Source: a virus (taxonomy: Duplodnaviria > Caudoviricetes). From it: a stretch of DNA of 64,000 bases. Position 1 is the stretch's first letter. Every line of letters starts with the position of its first letter. The DNA is taken from positions 21,751-85,750 of the IMG/VR virus record IMGVR_UViG_3300014204_000011. The stretch is one strand, 5' to 3'. The notes beneath the pieces are model-generated. The model was not told the DNA's origin, ran no database searches, and was given only the letters and a program-made list of their open reading frames with translations. The translations under genes and the position numbers were made by a program. Positions 1 to 8,936 of this stretch are shown in pieces.

Positions 1-520
1 GAATTATGAAGAACAAAAAGAAATAGGAATTTTAAACGGAACTACTGTAATACCAACAGTTAAATTAACATGGTTTAGAATAAATAGTTTTAGAATAATA
101 GCTGCTGGTGTAAATAAATTACCAACAGGAAATTTAACCATTCGACATATAAACAATACTCCTGTTTATAGTTATATTACGACAAAATTCACTAGAGCGA
201 GAAATGCTATGTATAATACTGTTCCTTTAGGTAAAAATTTATATGTGACAGATGTTTCTGGTGGTTATGCAATAGCAGGAAGCCCAAACAAAGAATATTG
301 TAGAATTACAACAAAAGCAAATATTGATCCTACAACTAAATTTAAAACAGATGGAATATTTTATCCTTTTACCGATTTATTTGCACAAAATATATCTGTT
401 TCAATAATGTTTACTATGCCTACAAAATTACCTCAGAAGACAGATATAAAAATTTCAGCGATAGGCAGTGCGAGTGGATCAGTAATTTCAACATTAAGAG
501 GTTGGTTGGAATCAAATTAA
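1..520 (+). CDS. Hypothetical phage protein, 5' truncated by the window
   Basis: Frame 2 is open from base 2 (NYEEQKEIGILNGTTVIPTVKLTWFRINSF...) into the listed 209..520 ORF, so the true start lies upstream. Confidence 0.7.
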   Translation, partial: NYEEQKEIGILNGTTVIPTVKLTWFRINSFRIIAAGVNKLPTGNLTIRHINNTPVYSYITTKFTRARNAMYNTVPLGKNLYVTDVSGGYAIAGSPNKEYCRITTKANIDPTTKFKTDGIFYPFTDLFAQNISVSIMFTMPTKLPQKTDIKISAIGSASGSVISTLRGWLESN

Positions 521-558
521 ATTTAAAGTACGTCAGAGGACGAAAAAGGTATGAAGTC

Positions 559-873
559 ATGCAGCAACAACAATTTCAGATTTCAAATGAAATTTTATTA
601 CAGATTATTGTCTGGCTTGGTTCTGTCAGTATTGGTTTGTTATTTACTATCGGGGGTATTATTTTATATGTATTTAGAAAATCTACCAAAGACAATGACA
701 GTGAACACTGTAGAATTGAAACCGATAATAATTCAGAACATATTAGAATTGAAAAAACGATAACAGATAAATGTAGTGAAATATCTTCTAATCTCTGTAT
801 TTTTAGAAAAGAAATTAGAGATGATATAAAAGGAGTCCACGCTAGAATAGATTCACATTTAGAGGTAGAATAA
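559..873 (+). CDS. Single-TM membrane protein, holin/XhlA-like candidate
   Basis: ATG 559 follows an AAGG RBS. Hydrophobic segment ILLQIIVWLGSVSIGLLFTIGGIILYVF followed by a charged helical tail, in lysis-type context. Confidence 0.5.
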   Translation: MQQQQFQISNEILLQIIVWLGSVSIGLLFTIGGIILYVFRKSTKDNDSEHCRIETDNNSEHIRIEKTITDKCSEISSNLCIFRKEIRDDIKGVHARIDSHLEVE

Positions 874-1431
874 ATGAATAAATCACAAGCAAATATTTTA
901 ATTTCAATAATAGAAACTCATTTTCAGTTTCAAAAACAACATCCAGGAAAAAGATCTATTCTTTTTGATGATATTAAGAAAGTTCTGGAATGCTCTCAAG
1001 ATTATGCTGAAAAATTTGCTAGTACACATTGTAATATGGTTAGTTTTTGGGGACTTAATTATTCTCAGAAATTAACTACTATGCAGTATGATGAATTTTT
1101 TGAAAATATGCTTGAAAATAATTTTTGCAATAAAGAAGGTAAGATCAAAGTTGAAAAAGGTGTTGTCTGTGAACAAATCTTTGGATATGATTTTAAAATT
1201 AAATATTTTGAAGACTATGAAGATGTTTTAAACCCTTTGACAAGATTAAATCCTGAAAAAGGATATCAGCTTAAAATGAAAGGCGATACAAGCGGATTTC
1301 ATTTTATTGCATGTTATATAGATGTTGAAACCGGTTTAATGATGGGTGTAGATTCAAGTTATAGAGGTACACCTTTTATATTATCCGAAAAAGTTAATTC
1401 TAAAAATTTTATATGGTTATTAGAGGTTTAA
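874..1431 (+). CDS. Putative papain-like (C39/DUF261-like) peptidase, candidate endolysin
   Basis: Cys in STHCNMVS, His in SGFHFIAC and Asp in GVDSS follow Cys-His-Asp order. Lies between membrane-protein genes. Confidence 0.4.
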   Translation: MNKSQANILISIIETHFQFQKQHPGKRSILFDDIKKVLECSQDYAEKFASTHCNMVSFWGLNYSQKLTTMQYDEFFENMLENNFCNKEGKIKVEKGVVCEQIFGYDFKIKYFEDYEDVLNPLTRLNPEKGYQLKMKGDTSGFHFIACYIDVETGLMMGVDSSYRGTPFILSEKVNSKNFIWLLEV

Positions 1432-1432
1432 A

Positions 1433-1630
1433 ATGACTAAAAAGCATGAAATAGATAATAAATATGAAGCAGGTACAAGCATTTTCAAAGAAACTTTAAA
1501 AAAATGGTGGGCCGTAGCTTTTTTAATAATAATTTCAGGAGCAATATTTTTTATCTTGCAAATTAAAACATTTCAGTGTGGTAATGTAGTTATTGAGAAA
1601 GATCCAATAAAAACACCATTAAAAAAATAA
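1433..1630 (+). CDS. Small single-TM membrane protein
   Basis: KKWWAVAFLIIISGAIFFILQIK helix; translationally coupled to the upstream gene. Confidence 0.6.
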   Translation: MTKKHEIDNKYEAGTSIFKETLKKWWAVAFLIIISGAIFFILQIKTFQCGNVVIEKDPIKTPLKK

Positions 1631-1640
1631 GGAGAATATA

Positions 1641-2405
1641 ATGATTAGAGATTTTCTTATTGTAATATTTATTTTTTGTTTAACTCTTGCGTCTTATGCT
1701 TCAGAATATGAGTCTCCAATGTCAATTTACAAAGATAATTATATAATTGCCGGAGATAAAGACAATCAGGTAAAAATTCAATTATCAGCAAAATTTAATA
1801 TTTTTTATCCTTCAAATACCGGATTTAATTTGGGTTATACGCAATTAAGCAATTGGTATTGTTATGGCGACAGAGATACTTTTTATACTATGTACTGCCC
1901 TGAAGTTTTTTATAGATTTGAAAGTGGTAATAATCTATTTGATAATGCTGTTATACCTTTTATAGATTTTTTACAAGTATCTCCAATAGAACATAATAGT
2001 ACAGGTGTTGAAGGTGAAAATCATAGAAGTATAAATCAATATTATGCACAGGCTCAATTAAGTTATGGAGAGGTTTATAATGTAGGTGCTGGCGGTAAAT
2101 ATTTTAGATACTATTCTATAAGTGATAAAAATGAAGATATAAATAAATACAGAAAAAATTATGAAGCAGATATATTTTTTAAAATACGATCTAAAACTGT
2201 AAATTATTTAGATAAAGAGGAACTACATTTTAAATTTGGCGGTAATCCTTTAGGTAATGGCTGGTATTGTATAGAGGCTCAATTCAGGCTTATATCAAGT
2301 AAATTTCAGCCAAAATTTATGATCCAATACTATAAAGGATATTCGGAATTCATGGTTCAATATAATCGCAAAGATGAAGCGGTAAGGATAGGGTTAGTAT
2401 TTTGA
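1641..2405 (+). CDS. pldA: Outer membrane phospholipase A (OMPLA)
   Basis: Signal peptide MIRDFLIVIFIFCLTLASYA. Motifs KIQLSAKF, YTQLSNWY, YCPEVFY. Catalytic HNSTG...RSIN (1992-2036) parallels E. coli HDSNG...RSWN. Ends in barrel strand RIGLVF. Confidence 0.88.
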   Translation: MIRDFLIVIFIFCLTLASYASEYESPMSIYKDNYIIAGDKDNQVKIQLSAKFNIFYPSNTGFNLGYTQLSNWYCYGDRDTFYTMYCPEVFYRFESGNNLFDNAVIPFIDFLQVSPIEHNSTGVEGENHRSINQYYAQAQLSYGEVYNVGAGGKYFRYYSISDKNEDINKYRKNYEADIFFKIRSKTVNYLDKEELHFKFGGNPLGNGWYCIEAQFRLISSKFQPKFMIQYYKGYSEFMVQYNRKDEAVRIGLVF

Positions 2406-2569
2406 GTAATATAAAAATACCGGCAGAAATATGGTGTAGAACTTGCGGTTATTTTCGACCTATAGCAAATCAAAATAAAGGTAAAGCTGAAGAATTTAGA
2501 GAAAGAGTTAATTTAAAAGTTCCTTCTCATGAAGTTTTATCTTCTCAAGTTAAAAGGAGTATATCATGA
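2402..2569 (+). CDS. 55-aa NrdD C-terminal (glycyl-radical motif)-like peptide, missing from the ORF track
   Basis: TTG start overlaps the pldA stop and its TGA overlaps the next ATG. Translation MSNIKIPAEIWCRTCGYFRPIANQNKGKAEEFRERVNLKV... resembles the R-x-x-G-Y-x-R-P...N-x-G-K-x-x-E motif. Confidence 0.75.
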   Translation: MSNIKIPAEIWCRTCGYFRPIANQNKGKAEEFRERVNLKVPSHEVLSSQVKRSIS

Positions 2570-2898
2570 ATAAAATAAAAATAATAATTATATGTCTTTT
2601 AATTCTTTCCGGTGCTGCTAATATTTTTTTCTTATCTGGTTGTAAAAGCTTTGATCCTGTAATCGTTCCAGGTCAACCGGATGAATGTAATGATTTTTAT
2701 TCAGTTATGAAATATTATTCAGTTGAGGGCAAAGACAGTGCTTTTGTCGGTACAGTTTATAATGAATGTAAAATAGCAAGAACTAGTGTTCGTTTACAAA
2801 TTAGAGAGAAACACTGTAAAGAACTTATATATGGTCAAGTTGAATTAGATAAAGCTGATTATAAGAGATATTCAGAATATCAGGAATGTTTGAAATAG
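2566..2898 (+). CDS. Cys-rich lipoprotein, possibly o-spanin-like
   Basis: Basic N-terminus, hydrophobic core and lipobox LSGC; several additional Cys. Confidence 0.65.
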   Translation: MNKIKIIIICLLILSGAANIFFLSGCKSFDPVIVPGQPDECNDFYSVMKYYSVEGKDSAFVGTVYNECKIARTSVRLQIREKHCKELIYGQVELDKADYKRYSEYQECLK

Positions 2899-2904
2899 AT
2901 ATTT

Positions 2905-4293
2905 ATGCCTGATGATAAAGACCAACAACATGAAGTCAAAGAAGAAAGATATGTTGAAGATTTAATTCTTTATTATCAGACTTATGTAAATGCGGTTATA
3001 AATGAAATATTTGTAGGTATAGGCATAAGTCTTGGTCAGACAGAAAAACAAGCTTATGCAATGGCTAAGACAGATCCTAAAAAACTTGAAAAAGCATTTT
3101 TTAAAGATGTATTTGAAAAGTTTAAAAATGTATTCAAACATAAAATTCCTAAATTCAGATTAAAACAAAATATATTTAACAAAGGCAAGCCATTAACCGA
3201 AAAGCAATGGGATGTTATAAGTAAAGCAATAGCTGAATACTGGAAACAAAATACTTCCAAAGTCACTGAAGATGTAACTGTAAAAGGTTATGTGCTAGGC
3301 ATAAAATCCTCTAAATATCGTAAAACTAAAATTGATAACACTAAGAAAACCTTACCTGAAATAATCAAACATGAAGAAAAGGAAAGCGGAAAAAAATTTG
3401 CAGATAAGTTTGAAGAAGCTTATAAACGCTATGATTTTAAAAATAGTGAAAAAAATGCTATGAACAGGGCTTTTTCAAATATAGCTATGCACGTTTCTGA
3501 TACTGGTGATGGAGTTAAGCAAGCCATAAGAAAAGTTGTTACTGAAGGTATAAATGAAGGTAAAAGTCCGGTTGAAACTGCTTCAGATCTATATTGGAAT
3601 ATTCAGAAAGAAACCGGTAATGAAACTGCTGAAAGTGTAAGAAAAAATTGGAATAGGATTGCTGCAACAGAAATGAATTCAATATTTGAAGCCGGTATTT
3701 TAGCTCCTTATGAAGCACAGGCTATGGAAAGCTTGAAGACCGGTAAGGGTGTTTATTTTGTCAGAGTAAACGGAACGTGCGATTGGTGTAAACCAAGACA
3801 GGGTACTATAGTTAGATTAGTTCCTACAAGCATAGTAGGTGATGTAAATGATGACAGTTTAAAATCTATGGGTATTGATGATCCCTATACCGATATAGCT
3901 ATATGGGTAGGTAAAAACAATGTAGGTAGGAAAAAACAGGACTGGCTTATATGCTGTCCTGCTCACCCATTTAACAGAGCAAGCTTTTCACTTATTGATT
4001 TAGATACACAAGAATATGAACCTAAATTTGGAAGAGTAGTTAATAAAGTTCCTGAAAGTTTAAAACAATATGGAATTAAAAGAGATACATCTTTTGCAAC
4101 TCCGGAATATAAAGAAAGTAAAAAACCGGTTAAAATAGGTGATAATCTTGTAAGATTTTATGATAGTGTTTATGAAGCTGTAGACAAAGAAAATTATAAT
4201 AAGAAATTAGAATTATGGAAAAAAGATCCATCTCAACCTATACCTGTTAGTCGTAGCAGTACAGATTATAAACATATTTTTGGTGATTTATAA
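2905..4293 (+). CDS. MuF-like head morphogenesis protein
   Basis: WNRIAATEM, CDWC and CPAHPFNR motifs typical of MuF/SPP1 gp7. Contains an LEKA site at 3085-3096. Confidence 0.8.
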   Translation: MPDDKDQQHEVKEERYVEDLILYYQTYVNAVINEIFVGIGISLGQTEKQAYAMAKTDPKKLEKAFFKDVFEKFKNVFKHKIPKFRLKQNIFNKGKPLTEKQWDVISKAIAEYWKQNTSKVTEDVTVKGYVLGIKSSKYRKTKIDNTKKTLPEIIKHEEKESGKKFADKFEEAYKRYDFKNSEKNAMNRAFSNIAMHVSDTGDGVKQAIRKVVTEGINEGKSPVETASDLYWNIQKETGNETAESVRKNWNRIAATEMNSIFEAGILAPYEAQAMESLKTGKGVYFVRVNGTCDWCKPRQGTIVRLVPTSIVGDVNDDSLKSMGIDDPYTDIAIWVGKNNVGRKKQDWLICCPAHPFNRASFSLIDLDTQEYEPKFGRVVNKVPESLKQYGIKRDTSFATPEYKESKKPVKIGDNLVRFYDSVYEAVDKENYNKKLELWKKDPSQPIPVSRSSTDYKHIFGDL

Positions 4294-5066
4294 TGATCTT
4301 TGATATTAATCAAGATATTATCATGGACACCATAATGTCAAATATTGAAAATGCAAAAGAAGAATATATTCAAGAAATAATTGAACGTATAGATGATTCA
4401 ATTCCTGGAGTTTTAGAATTACTTTTAAATGATTCCACTGAATATTGGAAAGAAACCGCAATAGGCAAAGGTGGTGGATGGGGAGAAATATATGCCAGTG
4501 CCATTAAAAATAAAGGTACAAGTGATGGTGGCGAAGTTTATATTGATGAAAGTGTAAAAGGTAAAAATAATAAACCTGCAAAAATGTTTTCAGAAATGGT
4601 AGAAAAAGGTGTTAAAAGTTGGTCAATACAAGATGCACTCTTAGCAAGTTCAAAGGCTAAAACAAGTAAAGATGGGATAAAATATATTGTAGTACCTTTT
4701 CCTGTTCGTACACCTTCTAAAAAAGGACAGGGTAAAGTAGGTTCAAGGTTTGGCGGTAGAGAGATGTCCTCTGATGTGTATAAAATTGTAAAAAGTGGTG
4801 GTAAAATATCTAAAGGAACAATGCTTACAACTGCATCAGGAAAAGAAATAGATATTGGAGGTCTTACAAGATTTCAAACACAAAAATTTCATAGTGGTTA
4901 TGGTATATTTAGATGTGTAAGTAAAAATTCTAATGGATGGCAATATCCTGATAAATCTCCAAGACCGGTATTTCCAAGTGTTGTAGATTATGTAAATAAA
5001 AGAGTGGCAGAAATAATTGAAGAACTCTGCCAAGCTATTGTTAAAGAATTTGATATGAGAGATTAA
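4293..5066 (+). CDS. Virion morphogenesis / neck-like protein
   Basis: KYIVVPF and FRCVSKNSNGWQYP motifs resemble Twort-like neck proteins; coupled to MuF. Confidence 0.5.
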   Translation: MIFDINQDIIMDTIMSNIENAKEEYIQEIIERIDDSIPGVLELLLNDSTEYWKETAIGKGGGWGEIYASAIKNKGTSDGGEVYIDESVKGKNNKPAKMFSEMVEKGVKSWSIQDALLASSKAKTSKDGIKYIVVPFPVRTPSKKGQGKVGSRFGGREMSSDVYKIVKSGGKISKGTMLTTASGKEIDIGGLTRFQTQKFHSGYGIFRCVSKNSNGWQYPDKSPRPVFPSVVDYVNKRVAEIIEELCQAIVKEFDMRD

Positions 5067-5854
5067 TCAAAAACCTTAATCTTTATATTCTCACCAATTC
5101 TTGACGGATCTCCTCCATAAATATTAAGTTTATTTTTTATATCATCCTGAAGAGTATAATGAGTATTACCGTTCTTACATACTTTTAATTTAAAATACTC
5201 GTTTTCTGATTCAGGTTTTTTATTAGTTCTTAATTGATCTATAATTGTATGATCTGGTAATTTTTTTCCGTCCAGGATATAACAAAGTTTCTCAAGATCA
5301 TCTGTAATAGTTGGCTTATCTCTATAATAACCAAAAACACGAGAATAATCATATGTGGTTATAATAAAGGTTGTATCTATGCCGTTATTGTTACGTTTCT
5401 TTTTAGTGCTGGAATTGTAATTACTACCTCCAGTATAATAATAACTGTCTGTAATTCGTTCATAAACTGATTTCATCATGGTTTTGATATTATCATAAAT
5501 AATATCTTTTAAACTGGCTATATATCCTTCGGCGTTTTCAATAGTAAATACGGGAAAATCAAATTGATCAATTTGTTTCTGCATTTTTTCATAATCAGTA
5601 CAGAGCATATATTTTTCAAGTTCAAATAATCTGATAAGATATTGCCAGCATGTTCTATCAATGTATTTTTCAGCTCTGTTATCACTATAATTATCAAATC
5701 TATATTCAATTCGATAAGGTCGATAACCTTTAATTTCAGAAAGATCTTTTTCTATTTCATTATCAAGCTTTTCAAGCATTGATAATTGAGTTAAAAGTAT
5801 TTGTTTAAGATTAAATATTTCAGTTATTGATTTGCGCTTTACTGGTAAATTCAT
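5063..5854 (-). CDS. DUF4942-like protein
   Basis: IDRTCWQYLIRL, ITDDLEKLCYILDGK and ENEYFKLKVCKNGNTHYTL match my recollection of the family. Confidence 0.7.
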   Translation of the reverse strand: MNLPVKRKSITEIFNLKQILLTQLSMLEKLDNEIEKDLSEIKGYRPYRIEYRFDNYSDNRAEKYIDRTCWQYLIRLFELEKYMLCTDYEKMQKQIDQFDFPVFTIENAEGYIASLKDIIYDNIKTMMKSVYERITDSYYYTGGSNYNSSTKKKRNNNGIDTTFIITTYDYSRVFGYYRDKPTITDDLEKLCYILDGKKLPDHTIIDQLRTNKKPESENEYFKLKVCKNGNTHYTLQDDIKNKLNIYGGDPSRIGENIKIKVFD

Positions 5855-6057
5855 TTTATCACTTCCAGTTCAATATCTACAAAATTCAATCCACCTTGTT
5901 TATTTTGAATATATTCTAAATTCTCAGGACAATTATCAAGTTTAACAAGAAAACATTTAGATAAAAATCCGGTTTCAGCTTCTTTTGAGATTATAGTTCC
6001 TTCTCCGTAACAAGTTTTAACTCTATCGTTTATTTTCACTTTACCTTCCTCCTGCAC
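5851..6057 (-). CDS. Hypothetical protein (SH3/KOW-like beta fold possible)
   Basis: KINDRVKTCYGEGTII; overlapping operon organisation. Confidence 0.5.
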   Translation of the reverse strand: MQEEGKVKINDRVKTCYGEGTIISKEAETGFLSKCFLVKLDNCPENLEYIQNKQGGLNFVDIELEVIK

Positions 6058-6251
6058 TCTTCTAATAAGCTTTCAAGCTTTTCTATTGTAGGATTACGGT
6101 CAAGAATAATCCGTACATATGTAATACTTCTATCAAGCAATAGGCTTAATTTCTCTGTACTGCCTGCTCTGTGAATATAAAGCCCTATCTCTTTTGCGAG
6201 ATAGAGCTTTAATTCTGTTCGGACTTCTTTATAGTTTTTACTGGTGATCAT
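6036..6251 (-). CDS. Hypothetical protein, possible small DNA-binding protein
   Basis: ATG with GAGG RBS; basic and helical. Confidence 0.5.
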   Translation of the reverse strand: MITSKNYKEVRTELKLYLAKEIGLYIHRAGSTEKLSLLLDRSITYVRIILDRNPTIEKLESLLEECRRKVK

Positions 6252-6382
6252 TTATCCTCTGATTTTTTGAAAGTCTTTTTAGGTCTTTTACTGTCGTGAT
6301 GTTTGACGTATGCCATAACTTCAACGTCTGACATATTCACTTGTAATGCTTTTTTAAACTGCTTAATGCTTTTTTGTGTCAT
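6248..6382 (-). CDS. 44-aa hypothetical protein, missing from the ORF track
   Basis: MTQKSIKQFKKALQVNMSDVEV...; AAGG RBS; TGA overlaps the next ATG. Confidence 0.5.
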   Translation of the reverse strand: MTQKSIKQFKKALQVNMSDVEVMAYVKHHDSKRPKKTFKKSEDK

Positions 6383-6548
6383 TGTCCTTACCTTTTATCC
6401 CTTTTTTTATTTTTAATAAAGCTTTGATTCTTGCCTTGTAGTGTTCGTCACTTTCTTCATAATATTTGAGCTTACCCGTAAAGTCATAGATCGGAATTGT
6501 AAAGTTTTTGTTTTTAAAATTTCTTACCCTTCTTAAAATACAATTCAT
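6363..6548 (-). CDS. Hypothetical protein
   Basis: ATG with AGAGG RBS. Confidence 0.5.
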   Translation of the reverse strand: MNCILRRVRNFKNKNFTIPIYDFTGKLKYYEESDEHYKARIKALLKIKKGIKGKDNDTKKH

Positions 6549-6587
6549 AACTTGCCTCTTTTTTAGATGGAAGATCTGGTTATTTTG

Positions 6588-6755
6588 CTATATACAAAAT
6601 TGTGAAAAATATTTATTCATATCAATTTTTATTATTTTATTATTTTCTAGTTTAAAATAAAGATATTTATGACCAACTTTTACTAATGTTGAATTATTAT
6701 GAAAAGGGTGAGAAAGTTTCCCAAGATTTTCAATGGTGTTGAAATATTTTTTCAT
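6588..6755 (-). CDS. 55-aa hypothetical protein, missing from the ORF track
   Basis: GGAGA RBS then MKKYFNTIENLGKLSHPFHNN...; first gene after the leftward promoter. Confidence 0.55.
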   Translation of the reverse strand: MKKYFNTIENLGKLSHPFHNNSTLVKVGHKYLYFKLENNKIIKIDMNKYFSQFCI

Positions 6756-6789
6756 TTTGTATCTCCTTTAAAATCAATCTCTTATCTAT

Positions 6790-6900
6790 TTATACTATTA
6801 TCAAATCTGATAATGTTTGTCAACAATAAAAGTTAAAATTTTTTACTTTTTTTGATTTTTTTTCGTACTTGACAAAATCTGAATTTATTATGTAAATAAA
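6790..6900. promoter_or_regulatory. Divergent sigma70-like promoters
   Basis: TTGACA at 6823-6818 (minus) and 6869-6874 (plus), separated by A/T tracts. The -10 matches are imperfect. Confidence 0.6.
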
Positions 6901-6923
6901 CCATTATTAACCAGGAGTTATTT

Positions 6924-8936
6924 ATGAATAGAGATCAAATAATTGATTTAATAGATAGACAAATAGACTTTACTGATATGAAAAAAGCTGGTCTTGCACT
7001 GCAAAAACATTATGAAATTAATTCAAGACGCATGGAAGCAATAGATGTTAAAAACTGTCTTGCTAATGGTCATCCAATTGCCATACAGGGAAAATTGATT
7101 ATTGGTTATGATATGCAAAAAGCTTTTGAAAGTAGTGATAGCGAATTTTTTGATATAGAAAGACCGGTTGAAGCTATTGAAATTGTTGAAACTCTTCCAG
7201 AGCGAGAATATTTCGCTATTGTAGGTCGTAACGAATGGGGAGATATTTCAGAATTTAATAATATCATAGGTGATTTAAGACTTGGTGAAATATATCTGCC
7301 TAAACATTCTGCAATATTCAACTTCTTAAATCCTACGGAAAAGACTAAAAAAGAAAAAATTCAAAGTGTTCTTAACGGAGTTCAAGTAATTGTTTATGAA
7401 AGAGAAAACTATGTAGATAACTGCTTCCATGAGATCGGACACCTGTTCTGGAGAACTTGTACAAGATTTGAAGAAAAGATGCAATTTAAAGAATTATTTA
7501 AACATTTACGAACATCTTGTATTTATGAATACGAATGGGAGCGAAGTACGGAAGAAGAGGTTTTTTGTACAATTTATAAATGGTATATGAAGTCTGTGCT
7601 TATAAACAAGAGTTTTTACAACATACTTGAATACGAAGAAAGCTATGGACTTAAATTATTACAAAGTGTTTTTGACCGTATCGCTAAAGAACGGATCATT
7701 GACGATATATGGGAAATGAGCAAAGAAGATGTTATTGAATATTTAAACCCTCCCCTGGATAAAACGACCGGAAAATATATTCGTAAATCAGGTATGTTTG
7801 ATAAGATTAAAGATATAGAACTGCCTGAAAGCATATTGAACCGGATTGAAAGCGTACAGAATGGACAGGCTTTTGTTGGGCTTGGTAAAGCCGTAGTGCC
7901 GGTTAATAATAATCTGATTGATTTTGATAGAATTAAAATGATACCTTTGGAGAAAGCTAATGGTAAACCAACAATATATCTCGATCAAGATGGAATTGTT
8001 ACAAATTTTGCAGAAGCCTACAAGATAGCCTTTAATCGTGATGTATTTAAAGATGACAGTTTTACAGTGACAGAAATGTGTAAAACTGAGCCAAGATTTT
8101 TCTTAACTATACCAGTATTACAGCGTGGTAAAGAATTATATAATCGCTTGGTTAAAAAGTATAATATAATATTTCTCACAACCGCTATGGATGAACTTGA
8201 ATATTGTAGATCTGATAAAGTGACTTGGCTTAAACAGAATATATGTTCAGAGCCTACAATAATATTTTCTGATAATAAAGCTGATTATGCACATTCTGAA
8301 AAAGATATACTCGTGGATGATATGGCTCATAATTTAACCGCATTTTATGAAGCTGGAGGGACTGCAATCAATTTTAATTCTATGTCGAATGATGAGATAA
8401 TGCAAAAGATTGCAGAGACATTAAATCCACAGGAAGAAATAAGACAGATAAAGCAACAAATTAAAGAAATGAAAGTTAATGTAGAGCCGAGTGAAAAACA
8501 AAAAGAGAATGGAAATTACGCTAAAGGAAAAATAATATTTAAACAGATACCAATAACTATAGAAAATCCAAAGGGAAGTATAAGATCAGGCATAGGCGCA
8601 AACGGTGTGAAATGGTTGTCTAAAATGAGTTCACACTACGGATATATTAAAGGTACTGAAGGCAATGATGGAGATGAAATTGATTGCTTTATTGGAGATG
8701 ATTTCAGCACAAACAAAGCCTTTGTTGTAAACCAGGGTTTTAATAATTTATTCGATGAGCATAAAATTCTCCTCGGTTTTAATACAATAGAGGATGCCAG
8801 AACCGCTTTTCTGAAATGTTATTCTAAAGGTTGGGAAAAGAATATCATGAACATAGTACCGACCAATACAAAAGTGTTGAGACAGTGGCTAAAGACCGGC
8901 AATTATAAAGAGCCGTTTAGTGGTGAGTTTAAATAA
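6924..8936 (+). CDS. Polyvalent protein: zincin metallopeptidase + HAD 5'(3')-deoxyribonucleotidase-like + inorganic pyrophosphatase-like domain
   Basis: HEIGH at 7428-7442. TIYLDQDG...LVDDMAHN HAD motifs. ITIENPKGSIRSG...HYGYIKGTEGNDGDEIDCFIG...DEHKILLGF InPase motifs. Confidence 0.85.
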   Translation: MNRDQIIDLIDRQIDFTDMKKAGLALQKHYEINSRRMEAIDVKNCLANGHPIAIQGKLIIGYDMQKAFESSDSEFFDIERPVEAIEIVETLPEREYFAIVGRNEWGDISEFNNIIGDLRLGEIYLPKHSAIFNFLNPTEKTKKEKIQSVLNGVQVIVYERENYVDNCFHEIGHLFWRTCTRFEEKMQFKELFKHLRTSCIYEYEWERSTEEEVFCTIYKWYMKSVLINKSFYNILEYEESYGLKLLQSVFDRIAKERIIDDIWEMSKEDVIEYLNPPLDKTTGKYIRKSGMFDKIKDIELPESILNRIESVQNGQAFVGLGKAVVPVNNNLIDFDRIKMIPLEKANGKPTIYLDQDGIVTNFAEAYKIAFNRDVFKDDSFTVTEMCKTEPRFFLTIPVLQRGKELYNRLVKKYNIIFLTTAMDELEYCRSDKVTWLKQNICSEPTIIFSDNKADYAHSEKDILVDDMAHNLTAFYEAGGTAINFNSMSNDEIMQKIAETLNPQEEIRQIKQQIKEMKVNVEPSEKQKENGNYAKGKIIFKQIPITIENPKGSIRSGIGANGVKWLSKMSSHYGYIKGTEGNDGDEIDCFIGDDFSTNKAFVVNQGFNNLFDEHKILLGFNTIEDARTAFLKCYSKGWEKNIMNIVPTNTKVLRQWLKTGNYKEPFSGEFK

